Assembly: GCA_963664305.2 (NCBI GenBank)
Contig: CAXXLV010000002.1
Coordinates: forward strand, 864,001-928,000
Reading direction: 5' to 3'
From: an uncultured Aliarcobacter sp.
Lineage (GTDB): Bacteria; Campylobacterota; Campylobacteria; Campylobacterales; Arcobacteraceae
Length of the DNA stretch: 64,000 nt
A program made the translations under genes and the position numbers. Positions 37,404-47,735 of this stretch are shown piece by piece. The notes below the pieces were generated by a model. That model had not been told where the DNA came from and made no database searches. It saw only the letters and a list, made by a program, of their open reading frames with translations. Position 1 is the first letter of the stretch; each line of letters opens with the position of its first letter.

Positions 37404-39008
37404 ATGATAGATTTTTCAAAGTTAATTATTATTGTTACTCTTCTTGGTGGACTTGGTATATTTTTGATTGGTTTAATAATCATGACAAAAGGTTTACAGT
37501 CACTTGCTGGTGATAAATTAAGAAATGCCATGTTACATTTTACAAAAAGTCCTTATAGTGGTGCTTTAAGTGGTGCTATTATGACTTCTTTATTACAATC
37601 TTCAAGTGCTACAACAGTTGCTGCTGTTGGTTTTGTGGGTGCTGGAATTATCAACTTTTCTCAATCTTTAGGTATTATTTTTGGTGCAAATATTGGAAGT
37701 ACATTTACAGGTTGGATAGTTGCTATATTTGGATTTAAATTTAATTTAGGAATAGCTGTTTTACCTTTTATATTTTTAGGAGCAATTTTAAAACTTTTTG
37801 CAAAAGAAAATATTGCTTCAATGGGTTTTGCAATAGCTGGTTTTGGACTTATCTTTGTAGGAATTGACACTATGCAAGGAGCAGTTAAAGGTTTTGAAAA
37901 TATATTAACTCCAGACATTTTACCAAATGATTCTTTTACAGGAAGATTACTACTTATAAGTATTGGTATTATAATTACCATGATTACACAAGCTTCTAGT
38001 GCTGGAATTGCAATGACTTTGACTCTTCTTTATGGTGGTGCTGTTAATTTTGAACAAGCAGCTGCTTTAGTAATTGGAATGGATGTTGGAACAACAATAA
38101 CAGCAGCAATGGCCACAATAGGTGGAAATATAAATGCTAAAAGAACTGGATTTTCTCATGTAATTTACAATTTTTTAAGTGCCACATTAGCTTTTTTATT
38201 TATCACACCTTTTATAACTATATTAGAATATATAAAACCTGGATTTATTTTAGAAAATTCACAACTTTCATTGGTAGCATTTCATAGTTCATTTAATATT
38301 TTAAGTGTTTTACTTATCTTACCATTTACAAATATATTTGCAAATTTCATTAAAAAGCTTATAAAAGAAAAATCTAACAATTTTATTAATAATCTTGATG
38401 AAGAATTTCTAAAAGAGCCTAAAATTGCCTTAAATGTTACTTTACAAAGTATTATTAAAGAGTACATAATCATATTAAAACATATAAAAACTTTATTAAA
38501 TGATAAATCAGAATTCCAAAGAATGGATATAAAAGAGGTTCAAAATATCTTAAATATCACCCATGAATTTTTAGATAAAATCCACATTAAACAAAAAGAT
38601 AGCCCTGATTGGGCCTATTTAGTTGATTTAATTCATTCTATTGATCATCTTCAAAGACTACATGAAAGATGTGAAGAGGAAGAAGATAGAATTATTTGTG
38701 CTAAAGATATTTTAGAATTAGAAGATATTTTAAAACAATTCTATTCAAATATTTCAAATAGCATACTAGCTTATGAAACAAATAACTGGAATAATATAAT
38801 TAAAAATAGTGAAAAATTAACTATTGATATAGAAAAAATGAATCAAAAATATAGAGAAGATATTGCAAATAAAATTGCAACAGGAGAACTTGATGTTCCA
38901 GATGGTTCAGATAGATTAGAAGCTATTAGATGGTTACATCGTGTAAGCATTCATATCTATCGAATAAACTATTATATTCATAAAGCTATTCTCTCATCTG
39001 GTAAATAA
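37404..39008 (+). CDS. Na/Pi cotransporter family protein
   Basis: GGLGIFLIG, LQSSSATT, GANIGST, QASSAG, PhoU-like C-terminus. Confidence 0.92.
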   Translation: MIDFSKLIIIVTLLGGLGIFLIGLIIMTKGLQSLAGDKLRNAMLHFTKSPYSGALSGAIMTSLLQSSSATTVAAVGFVGAGIINFSQSLGIIFGANIGSTFTGWIVAIFGFKFNLGIAVLPFIFLGAILKLFAKENIASMGFAIAGFGLIFVGIDTMQGAVKGFENILTPDILPNDSFTGRLLLISIGIIITMITQASSAGIAMTLTLLYGGAVNFEQAAALVIGMDVGTTITAAMATIGGNINAKRTGFSHVIYNFLSATLAFLFITPFITILEYIKPGFILENSQLSLVAFHSSFNILSVLLILPFTNIFANFIKKLIKEKSNNFINNLDEEFLKEPKIALNVTLQSIIKEYIIILKHIKTLLNDKSEFQRMDIKEVQNILNITHEFLDKIHIKQKDSPDWAYLVDLIHSIDHLQRLHERCEEEEDRIICAKDILELEDILKQFYSNISNSILAYETNNWNNIIKNSEKLTIDIEKMNQKYREDIANKIATGELDVPDGSDRLEAIRWLHRVSIHIYRINYYIHKAILSSGK

Positions 39009-39014
39009 TAAAAA

Positions 39015-40121
39015 CTATTTATCTTTTAATATTTCTCTAACATGGTCTTCAAATTTCTCAACTTCAACTAAAAATGAATCATGCCCTGATTGACTCTCTA
39101 TTAATTTATAAGTAACTTGATTTTCTCGTCCAAGTTTTATCATAATATCTCTAATTTCTTCCATTTCTTCAGGGAAAAATAGCATATCATCACTAAAAGC
39201 AATTAAATGTAAATTTGCTTGAACTTTATCAAAAGAGTCTTCTATTTTATCTTTATTTCTTCCAGCATCAAATATATTCATCGTTTTACAAATATATAAA
39301 TATGAAAGTGGGTCAAAATATTTTGGAAAACTATAAGCATTATACTCTAAATACTTTTCTACTTCAAATCTTCCAAAAAGCTCATATAATCCATCTGTTG
39401 AAGAATAATCTCTTCCAAATTTTTTATTAAATAAGTTTGGACTTAAATAACAGATTAATCCTGCCATTCTTCCAATAGCAAGTCCAGGAAGTCCTAAAGC
39501 TTTTAAATCATCTTTCGCATAATTTCCATTTTTAAAAATTGGGTCATGTCTTATTGCTTCAATTCCTATTTTATTAAAAGCAATTGCCCAAGGTCTTGTA
39601 TATGCAGTTGTTGCAAGAGCTATTATTTCTTTAGCAAAAGTTGGATATTCTATTGCATAACAAAGTGCTTGCATTCCTCCCATACTTCCACCAATAACTG
39701 CAACTGCATTTGAAATGCCTAATCTTTTATATAGTTTCATTTGAGCTTTAACAATATCAGAAATTGCTAAAACAGGGAATTTTAATCTGTACTCTTTTTT
39801 TGTTGAAGGGTCAATACTCATAGGATTTGTCGAACCATAAGAACTTCCAATATTATTTGAACAAATTACAAAATATTTTTTAGTATCTATTGCTTTTCCA
39901 TCACCAATGAATTTATCCCACCAACCTGGCTTTGCTTCATCAGCATATCGACCAGCTGCATGGTGGCTTCCAGAAAGTGCATGACAAATAACAATTACAT
40001 TTGATTTATCTTCATTTAATTCACCATAAGTTTCATATATGATTTCAAAAGACTCTAAAAGTCTTCCACTTTCTAAATATAAAGGTTCATTAAATTTTTC
40101 TACTTTTGTCTCTATTCTCAA
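39015..40121 (-). CDS. metX: Homoserine O-acetyltransferase
   Basis: YETYGELN, CHALSG, GGSMGGMQ, GHDSFL; start set to the TTG with RBS (ORF track 40133). Confidence 0.95.
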   Translation of the reverse strand: MRIETKVEKFNEPLYLESGRLLESFEIIYETYGELNEDKSNVIVICHALSGSHHAAGRYADEAKPGWWDKFIGDGKAIDTKKYFVICSNNIGSSYGSTNPMSIDPSTKKEYRLKFPVLAISDIVKAQMKLYKRLGISNAVAVIGGSMGGMQALCYAIEYPTFAKEIIALATTAYTRPWAIAFNKIGIEAIRHDPIFKNGNYAKDDLKALGLPGLAIGRMAGLICYLSPNLFNKKFGRDYSSTDGLYELFGRFEVEKYLEYNAYSFPKYFDPLSYLYICKTMNIFDAGRNKDKIEDSFDKVQANLHLIAFSDDMLFFPEEMEEIRDIMIKLGRENQVTYKLIESQSGHDSFLVEVEKFEDHVREILKDK

Positions 40122-40188
40122 AATTAATCCCAACTACAATGTTTTTAAGCTTGATAGTCTAGCTAAACTATCATAAGAAAGTTATTTA

Positions 40189-40638
40189 TTAAGCTTTATA
40201 TAATTCTTCAAAGCTTATTTTCATCAACTCTTGCCAAGTTTTATCTGGACTCCAAATATTAAACATTGACAAATCAATCTCTTCAAATGGAGTTTTTAAA
40301 ATATATTTATGATAAACATACATAAACGCACTAACTCTATAATTTTTAGCACAATGCACCCAAACTTTATTTGCTACAAGGGCTTGCATAGTATTTAAAA
40401 AAAGTTTTAAATCACTTGGCTTTGGATTTTCAAAATCTACAGGAATATGAAAATAACTCATTCCAAGATTTGTTACAACTTTATCTTCATTTTCAATAGC
40501 ATTAGAAGCATCACATAAAGCTAAATTTATTACTATTTCAAAACCTTCATTTTTAATCAATTCAAACTCTTCAATTTTAGGTTGACCTGAAGTTGAAATA
40601 AGTTCATTGATTTTGATGTAATTCAAAATATTTTTCAT
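40189..40638 (-). CDS. Protein-tyrosine-phosphatase-like / beta-lactamase-hydrolase-like family protein
   Basis: TSGQP, VINL, HIPV, HCAKNYR (Cx4R-like). Confidence 0.75.
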   Translation of the reverse strand: MKNILNYIKINELISTSGQPKIEEFELIKNEGFEIVINLALCDASNAIENEDKVVTNLGMSYFHIPVDFENPKPSDLKLFLNTMQALVANKVWVHCAKNYRVSAFMYVYHKYILKTPFEEIDLSMFNIWSPDKTWQELMKISFEELYKA

Positions 40639-40712
40639 ATTCGCTCCTTTGCTTTTTTATCATTGTAAGATTTTCTTTCTTATTCATAAGTAAATTTATA
40701 TATAATTAGCCC

Positions 40713-41210
40713 ATGAAAAAGATATATATAGCAGGATTTGATGTTTTTGAAAGTAATTCCATAGAGATTGGCAAAAAGTATGTACAACTTTGCAAAAACT
40801 ATGGATTTGAAGGTTTATATCCACTAGATAATATCGTAGATTTCAATCAAGAAAAAAGAAAAATTGCACAAGATATTTATAAAGCTAATGTAAACTTGAT
40901 AAATCAATGCGATATTGTTATTGCAAATTTAAACTCATTTAGAGGAAAAGAAGCAGATAGTGGAACAATTTGGGAATGTGGTTATGCAACTGCATTAGGA
41001 AAAAAAGTATTTGGTTATATGAAAAAAGAGCAAAATTATATAGATAGTTTTTCAAAAGATGAAAAAAATGTTATAGATGATGTAACTTATGATTTAGAAA
41101 ATAGAGTTATTGAGGATTTTGATTATTCTATAAATTTAATGATTGCTTGTAGTATAGAAAAGATGATATTTGGAGATTTTGAAGATTGTTTAAAGGAGAT
41201 TTGTAAATGA
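40713..41210 (+). CDS. Nucleoside 2-deoxyribosyltransferase family protein
   Basis: IYIAGFDVF, DSGTIWECGYA, NLM. Confidence 0.88.
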   Translation: MKKIYIAGFDVFESNSIEIGKKYVQLCKNYGFEGLYPLDNIVDFNQEKRKIAQDIYKANVNLINQCDIVIANLNSFRGKEADSGTIWECGYATALGKKVFGYMKKEQNYIDSFSKDEKNVIDDVTYDLENRVIEDFDYSINLMIACSIEKMIFGDFEDCLKEICK

Positions 41211-42241
41211 ATTTGATTTTTGCTAAATCACAAGATGCTAAAAAAGCTTATGAATTAGTTAGAAGTTTACAAACAAGATTTGTAGAAAAACTAAATGATT
41301 TAAGTGAAAAATTTGGAGAAGATAAAAAATTTGAAGAAGTTATTTGGTTAAGAAATGGTGGAACTTTTGGTGGTGGAAGTAGATTTGAAGCAAAAGATGA
41401 AATATTTTTTAATAGAGCAAGCGTTAATGTATCACAAGTTCATTATGAAAATGATGAAACAAAAAGTTTAGATAGTGCAACAGCTATTTCAACTATAATT
41501 CATCCAAAAAATCCAAACTTGCCATCTATTCATATTCATATTAGTTTAACTATTTTAAAAGATGGAAATTCATATTGGCGAATTATGGCTGATTTAAATC
41601 CAAGTATTGAAAATATTGAGGATAAAAAAGTTTTTGAAAAAGCTATAAAAGAGGCTTCTAAAGAGACTTTTGAAGAAGGAGTAAAACAAGGTGAAAAATA
41701 CTTTTTTATTCCAGCATTAAATAGACATAGAGGAATTTCTCACTTCTATTTAGAAAACTATAAAACAGAAAATAAAGAAAAAGATTTTTCATTTGCTTTA
41801 AATTTTGGTGAAATTGTAATTGATAGATATATTTTGATTTTAAAAAATGCTTATTTAAATAGACAAACATTTAGTGTTCAAGATATTAAAAAACAACTTG
41901 ATTATCACACTTTATATCTATTTCAAGTTTTAACTTTGGATAGAGGTACAACATCTGGACTTTTAGTTCATAATGAAAATGATATTGGAATTATGGGCTC
42001 ACTTCCAAAATTTGTAAATAAAAAATTATTAGAGTCTTGGGTAGAAAAACTCCCTTTCCCTCAAGATAAATTACTTATAAAAATTGTTGAAACAATAAAT
42101 GATAATGGCTTAATTGATACAATAACAAAAGAAAAATTAGCAAATGTAGTAAGAAATCACTATAAAGAGTTTCCAGATTCGTTAAAATATCAAGCAAGTG
42201 GAAATAGTATTCCAACAACTGTTAATAATCATATAAAATAA
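41207..42241 (+). CDS. hemF: Oxygen-dependent coproporphyrinogen III oxidase
   Basis: GGGSR, VNVSQVH, IHPKNPNLPSIH, YFFIP, DRGT. Confidence 0.78.
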   Translation: MNLIFAKSQDAKKAYELVRSLQTRFVEKLNDLSEKFGEDKKFEEVIWLRNGGTFGGGSRFEAKDEIFFNRASVNVSQVHYENDETKSLDSATAISTIIHPKNPNLPSIHIHISLTILKDGNSYWRIMADLNPSIENIEDKKVFEKAIKEASKETFEEGVKQGEKYFFIPALNRHRGISHFYLENYKTENKEKDFSFALNFGEIVIDRYILILKNAYLNRQTFSVQDIKKQLDYHTLYLFQVLTLDRGTTSGLLVHNENDIGIMGSLPKFVNKKLLESWVEKLPFPQDKLLIKIVETINDNGLIDTITKEKLANVVRNHYKEFPDSLKYQASGNSIPTTVNNHIK

Positions 42242-42253
42242 AAGGAATAGAAA

Positions 42254-42517
42254 ATGAATAAAATAGAAGAATTAGAAAAACTTTTAAAAACAGATGTTTT
42301 AATTGAAGTAAATGAAGAGATAAAAGCTTTAGATAAATTAATTTCAAAAAATAAAGATAATGAAGATTATAAAATCGAGTTAGATTATATGTTAGATGTT
42401 AAAAAGTTTTATGATGAAGTATTACTTCATATTGAAAGAAATCAATTATCTTTAGAAGATGCTGTAAATATTCTTCAAGATTTAGAAGATATGAGAGCAG
42501 AAGATGACGAGGTATAA
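42254..42517 (+). CDS. Hypothetical acidic protein
   Basis: AAGGA RBS; in operon. Confidence 0.75.
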   Translation: MNKIEELEKLLKTDVLIEVNEEIKALDKLISKNKDNEDYKIELDYMLDVKKFYDEVLLHIERNQLSLEDAVNILQDLEDMRAEDDEV

Positions 42518-42519
42518 GA

Positions 42520-43614
42520 ATGTTTGATTTAGAAATTTATGAAATAGTCAATATTTTAGGATTAATTATTGGTATTGCCTTTGGAATAATCGCACAAAAA
42601 AATCAATTTTGTTTTAGTGGTTCAATAAAGGATTATATTTTAATTAAATCTACTAAAAGAGCGGCTTCTGTTATTATGGCAATGATTGTAGCAATAATAT
42701 CTACAACTTTAATATCAAATCATTTTGAATTAGATTTAACACAAACAAATTATTTTAAAAGTAACATTAACTATTTTGCAATAATTTTAGGTGGATTATT
42801 ATTTGGTAGTGGAATGATGATAGCAGATGGTTGTAGTAGTAGAAGTTTAGTAAAATATGGTCAAGGTGATACAAATGCCTTAATTACACTTATTTTTATT
42901 GCTATTTTTGCATATGCAACAACAAAAGGACTATTATTTGATATATTTAATCCTTTTATTAATAATGAATTTTTAATAAGTATATCTTCATATATTTCAA
43001 ATACTCAAATGAATATTTATGTTGTTTTAGCAATTTTATTTATCATTTTATTTTTTACTGTAAACAAAAAACTAAAAAGAGTATTTACTTTAATAGATGG
43101 TGTATTAATAGGTCTTCTTGTTAGTGCTGCTTGGTTTGTAAGTGGTCATATTGGACAAGAAAGCATGGAAAGACAAATAGAATTAGTAGGAATTAGTTTT
43201 GTATATCCAACTGCAAAAACATTAGAATTATTTACTTATTATCAAGTAAATGAAGTAACTTTTGGTATTAGTATGGTTGTTGGTGTATTAGCTGGAACTT
43301 TTATTATGTCATTTTTTAACAAAAAATATAGCTTTGGATGTACTGCAAATAAAAATATCAATAAAGTTAAATACAATATGATTGGTGGTGCTTTAATGGG
43401 AACAGGTGGAATAATGGCTATAGGTTGTACAGTTGGACAAGGTTTAACTGGACTTTCTACACTTGCTTTTGCTTCAGCTTTAGCAATTATATCTATTTTT
43501 ATTTCAGCATTAATCACTGCAAAAATATTAAATAAATATGAAAAACTTCCTATGTGTTTCATTTTTGAATGGAATGATGAAAAAGGAAATAAACCTGTTG
43601 ATTTCCAAATCTAA
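42520..43614 (+). CDS. YeeE/YedE-family sulfur-compound transporter
   Basis: FCFSG, GGLLFGSGM..ADGC, GGALMG.GG.MAIGCTVGQG. Confidence 0.9.
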   Translation: MFDLEIYEIVNILGLIIGIAFGIIAQKNQFCFSGSIKDYILIKSTKRAASVIMAMIVAIISTTLISNHFELDLTQTNYFKSNINYFAIILGGLLFGSGMMIADGCSSRSLVKYGQGDTNALITLIFIAIFAYATTKGLLFDIFNPFINNEFLISISSYISNTQMNIYVVLAILFIILFFTVNKKLKRVFTLIDGVLIGLLVSAAWFVSGHIGQESMERQIELVGISFVYPTAKTLELFTYYQVNEVTFGISMVVGVLAGTFIMSFFNKKYSFGCTANKNINKVKYNMIGGALMGTGGIMAIGCTVGQGLTGLSTLAFASALAIISIFISALITAKILNKYEKLPMCFIFEWNDEKGNKPVDFQI

Positions 43615-43621
43615 TAGGCAC

Positions 43622-43661
43622 AAAAAAAGGGTTTAAACTTATAATTTAAACCCTTTTTTTT
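43622..43661. terminator. Bidirectional intrinsic terminator
   Basis: aaaaaaagggtttaaa-cttataa-tttaaaccctttttttt between convergent genes. Confidence 0.85.
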
Positions 43662-43679
43662 ATCTTTTATAATTTTATA

Positions 43680-44816
43680 TTAATTCAATTGATATTGAAC
43701 AATATAATCTCTCATTAAAGGTGGAATATCTAAATAGTTTTCACTATCAGCTACTACAGCATTATTTTGTTCTTGGTCTTCACTTACTTCTTGTGGTTCA
43801 TCAAATTCTTCATTTCTTGATTCAAATCCAGTTGCAACAATAGTAATTTTTACTTCATCTTTTTCTAAAGTGCTATCAGATGTTGTACCAAAAATAATCT
43901 CTGCATTTGAGTCCATTCTTTCATTAATAGTTCCCATAACATCATTAATTGCAAATAATGAAACTTGTGGATGAATATTAAAGTGAATTAAAATACCTTT
44001 TGCACCATTTAAAGAAACTTTATCTAAAAGTGGAGAATCGATAGCATCTTCTAATGCTCTTTGAGCTGCATTTTCACCTTTTGCTCGCCCTATTCCCATT
44101 AATGCCATACCTTTATGTTGCATAATAGTTTTAACGTCAGCAAAGTCTGTATTAATATCTGAATTACCTGGATTTAAAATAACTTCAGACATACCATTTA
44201 CAGCTTGATATAAAATATTATCAATGATTTTAAATGCATCTTTCATACCAACATTTTCATCAATAATCTCTAATAATCTATCATTTGGAACAATAATGAT
44301 TGAATCACTTACTTTTTTAAGTTCTTCAAGTCCAAGATTTGCTAAACCTGCTCTTTTTTTACCTTCCCACGTAAATGGTTTTGTAACAACAGAAACAGTT
44401 AAAGCTCCAATCTCTTTTGCAGCTTTTGCTATTATTGCAGCAGCACCTGTTCCTGTACCTCCTCCAAGACCAGCAGCGATGAAAACAATATCAGCACCTT
44501 TTAAAGAACCTTTAATCTCTTCATAACTTTCAACTGCAGAATCTCTACCAATTTCTGGTTTCATACCAGCACCTAAACCTTTAGTAAGTTTAAGTCCTAA
44601 TTGAATTTTCTTTGGAGCTTTAGAAATATGTAATACTTGTAAATCAGTATTTGCAGCAATTAAATCAATTTTATGAGAACCTTCGTTTATCATGTGGTTA
44701 ATCATATTACAACCACCACCACCAACTCCAATAACTGCAATTTTAGCTACATTATCAGATAAAACTTTACTTGGCATATCCACTTTTATATCATCAACTC
44801 TAAATAAATTTTCCAT
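43680..44816 (-). CDS. ftsZ: Cell division protein FtsZ
   Basis: GVGGGGCN, GGGTGTG, DFADV, C-terminal LDIPPLMR; ATG overlaps ftsA stop (ORF track 44825). Confidence 0.98.
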   Translation of the reverse strand: MENLFRVDDIKVDMPSKVLSDNVAKIAVIGVGGGGCNMINHMINEGSHKIDLIAANTDLQVLHISKAPKKIQLGLKLTKGLGAGMKPEIGRDSAVESYEEIKGSLKGADIVFIAAGLGGGTGTGAAAIIAKAAKEIGALTVSVVTKPFTWEGKKRAGLANLGLEELKKVSDSIIIVPNDRLLEIIDENVGMKDAFKIIDNILYQAVNGMSEVILNPGNSDINTDFADVKTIMQHKGMALMGIGRAKGENAAQRALEDAIDSPLLDKVSLNGAKGILIHFNIHPQVSLFAINDVMGTINERMDSNAEIIFGTTSDSTLEKDEVKITIVATGFESRNEEFDEPQEVSEDQEQNNAVVADSENYLDIPPLMRDYIVQYQLN

Positions 44817-46210
44817 TAAAACCACTCCGATACTTTACTCCAGAACTTAGAAACACCTTTTTTCTTATCTTTGATTAAAGGTGTTAAAATTGCTCCGTTA
44901 TCTTTTATTTGAATATGTTCTTTATTATTCATATTCATTTCCATTGTAGGCTTTTCAGAAGGCATTTGATTTGTAACTGAAATTTTTGGTTCTACAACTC
45001 TATCTTTTCTTAAAGGTTTAATTAGTTTCTTACTTGAATCTAATTGGTAACTTCTATTTGTTCCTAATGCGTAAAATAACAATCCAACAATTGTTGCCAT
45101 ATTAGCTTCATCAAAACTCATAAATCCATTTTTAATATTTTTTGGATTTGATATACTAATTGGAATACCATCAAAAATCTTTTCAGTTAATTTTTTGATT
45201 CCATCTAAATAACTCATTCCACCAGTTATTACAATTCCTGAACCAGTATTGTCTAATAAACCACTTTTTTTAAGTTTATTTTTTACTAAAACTAAAACTT
45301 CTTCAACACGTGCATGAATAATAGTTTGAATATAATCAAGTGCAACTTCAGAAATGCTCTCTTCATCACCAATTCTAGGAATTTTAACTTTTGTTACACC
45401 TAATTCGTTGTTTGGAGAGTAGTTTCTTGTTAGTGAACCATATTCAAGTTTTATTTTTTCAGCTGCTGTTGGAGGAGTATGAAGCATTACTGATAAGTCA
45501 TTTGTGATGTGGTTTGAACCAACAGGAATAAATCCATTAAAAATTATTGAATTCCCTTTATAATAAACAAATTCAGTTGTTGTTGAACCTAAATTTATTA
45601 CTATTGCTCCAAATTTTCTTTGCTGTTCATCAAGTACTGCAAGTGCACTTGCATATGAATCTAAAACAAATTTAACAACTTCTATTCCAGAAATTTTTAA
45701 AGCAGATTTGATATTTGTTAAAGCTGTTCTTTTAGCTGTTACGATATAAACTGAAACTTCAAGTCTTGAACCATTCATATTTAAAGGATTATCAACTTCA
45801 ACAGAATCATCAACTTTAAAGAAGATCGGTACAACATGAACAACTTCATATTCAGGAACAATAGTAGCATTATATAATGCCATTTGCATAACTTGATTTA
45901 TTTCTGTTTCTGTTATTAAACCATTTGGAACATTTACTGAACCAGAACTTCTAATACTTTTTGAATAACTTCCTGAAATTGAAACAACAGTTGTGTCAAT
46001 CATTTCAGTTGTACTTCTTTTTGCTACTGAAACTGCATCTTTTATTGCTTTTGAAGCCTCTTCAATATTAATAATAAGACCTTTATTAATACCATTACTT
46101 TTTTGAATACCCGTACCTAAAATATTTATATTATTATCTAAATCATGTTTTGCAATAACTGCAGTTACAGCTGAAGAACCTATATCTATTGCTAAAAAAG
46201 TATTATTCAA
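44816..46210 (-). CDS. ftsA: Cell division protein FtsA
   Basis: AIDIGSS, GIVITGG, AEKIKLEYG; upstream of ftsZ. Confidence 0.96.
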   Translation of the reverse strand: MNNTFLAIDIGSSAVTAVIAKHDLDNNINILGTGIQKSNGINKGLIINIEEASKAIKDAVSVAKRSTTEMIDTTVVSISGSYSKSIRSSGSVNVPNGLITETEINQVMQMALYNATIVPEYEVVHVVPIFFKVDDSVEVDNPLNMNGSRLEVSVYIVTAKRTALTNIKSALKISGIEVVKFVLDSYASALAVLDEQQRKFGAIVINLGSTTTEFVYYKGNSIIFNGFIPVGSNHITNDLSVMLHTPPTAAEKIKLEYGSLTRNYSPNNELGVTKVKIPRIGDEESISEVALDYIQTIIHARVEEVLVLVKNKLKKSGLLDNTGSGIVITGGMSYLDGIKKLTEKIFDGIPISISNPKNIKNGFMSFDEANMATIVGLLFYALGTNRSYQLDSSKKLIKPLRKDRVVEPKISVTNQMPSEKPTMEMNMNNKEHIQIKDNGAILTPLIKDKKKGVSKFWSKVSEWF

Positions 46211-46213
46211 TTA

Positions 46214-47677
46214 TTACTCCTTCTCTTGGATTGAAGATTGAATTGCAAAAGTATTTTCTAATTTTTTTAATAGATTTAACATTAATTCTTCTTCTTGAAG
46301 TTGAATTATTGTTCCTTTTACAACGTCATCTTTAGTTTTATTATAATCAGCCATTTTTGAATTGTTTATTCTATAAAGTACAACTTTATTATCTAATTTA
46401 ATTATTCCCTCTTTAGTCGTTGCTGAGAATAATTGATTTAAAAATTTAGCTGCTTCTTGTTGTTCTAAACCAGAAATTTTATTAACTGATTCTCTAGTAA
46501 TTCCAGAAATCTCTTCACCTTTAAAATCAGTTAATGATGCATTCGCTGTTTCTTCTAATTTTTTAGTTTTTAAAACTTTTTCAAAATCTATTTTTACTTG
46601 TGATAAAGCTTTTTCATAAGTTAAAACAGAAGAAGGATTTTTCTTAACTAATTTAACTACGTAATATTTATTGTTTTCAAAAAATGGTTTTACTATTTCT
46701 GATTCTTTTAATTCTTCAATTTTTGTATTATTCTCTGATGAATATGGAAGAGCTGATTCTACAAAAGTTTGTGTATTTTCAAATTTCTCTTCATCTTTTT
46801 TAAGTTTTAAATAAATTTTTAAAGCTTCTGTTTTAGTGAATTTTTCATCTAAATCTTTGATTATTTGCTCTCTTGCTTCTTCTAAAGATTTGATTTTCCC
46901 ATCTTCATGTTTATAATCAATTTTAAACTTTTCATAATGAACTTTAATATCATCTTCTGTTGAGTTTGAATTCATTAAAGGGATTTCTTTAATTTGTAAA
47001 TCATAAGAAACTTCAGACATATAAGAGTTTTTATTCTCTTCCCAATATTTTTTTAATTCATCTTCTTGTAATTCAACTTTAATGTCATTGATTGATAATA
47101 TTTTAATTGTAATATCATCTTCTAAAAATAGTAATTTGCTGATATTCTCTATTTCACTTGAAGTAGGATTTACTTGGAATAGAGTTTGAACTTTTTGTAA
47201 TAAAAGATTTCTTTTTAATGATGCTTCAAAATCTTTTGGTGTCATTCTATTTTGAGCTAAAACTTTGATATAAGTCTCTTTATCAAACTTTCCATCTTTT
47301 GTAAAAGCTTGGTATTTTATTAATTCTTTTGCCACTTCTTCATCAGTTACATCTAATCCTAAAGAATCACCATAAGCCATAATAAGATTTTTTTGTAAAA
47401 CTTGTCTGTAAGCAACATCTTTTAATTTTAATTGTTCAGCTAATTCTTTATTGAACATAGAGCCAAACATTCTTGAATATTGGTCATAAAGGTTTGAATA
47501 CTCTTGTTGATATTCTTCAACAGAAACTTCTCTATCTCCAACAACAGCTACTGCACCACCTTGTTTCCCATACTCGTAAGAACCCCAACCAACAAATCCA
47601 GCTCCAACGAATGCAATTGTACTTATCCAAATAGTAATTACTAACCACTTTTTATGTCTTTGCATCCAAGTAATCAT
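46214..47677 (-). CDS. PpiD/SurA-N-domain membrane-anchored chaperone
   Basis: MITWMQRHKKWL N-terminal anchor, FTKDGKFD; typical position upstream of ftsA in Campylobacterota. Confidence 0.85.
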   Translation of the reverse strand: MITWMQRHKKWLVITIWISTIAFVGAGFVGWGSYEYGKQGGAVAVVGDREVSVEEYQQEYSNLYDQYSRMFGSMFNKELAEQLKLKDVAYRQVLQKNLIMAYGDSLGLDVTDEEVAKELIKYQAFTKDGKFDKETYIKVLAQNRMTPKDFEASLKRNLLLQKVQTLFQVNPTSSEIENISKLLFLEDDITIKILSINDIKVELQEDELKKYWEENKNSYMSEVSYDLQIKEIPLMNSNSTEDDIKVHYEKFKIDYKHEDGKIKSLEEAREQIIKDLDEKFTKTEALKIYLKLKKDEEKFENTQTFVESALPYSSENNTKIEELKESEIVKPFFENNKYYVVKLVKKNPSSVLTYEKALSQVKIDFEKVLKTKKLEETANASLTDFKGEEISGITRESVNKISGLEQQEAAKFLNQLFSATTKEGIIKLDNKVVLYRINNSKMADYNKTKDDVVKGTIIQLQEEELMLNLLKKLENTFAIQSSIQEKE

Positions 47678-47735
47678 AAAATATAATCCTCTTAAAAATT
47701 TTAGAGATAATACAAAAAAGTTGCTTTTATGTTTG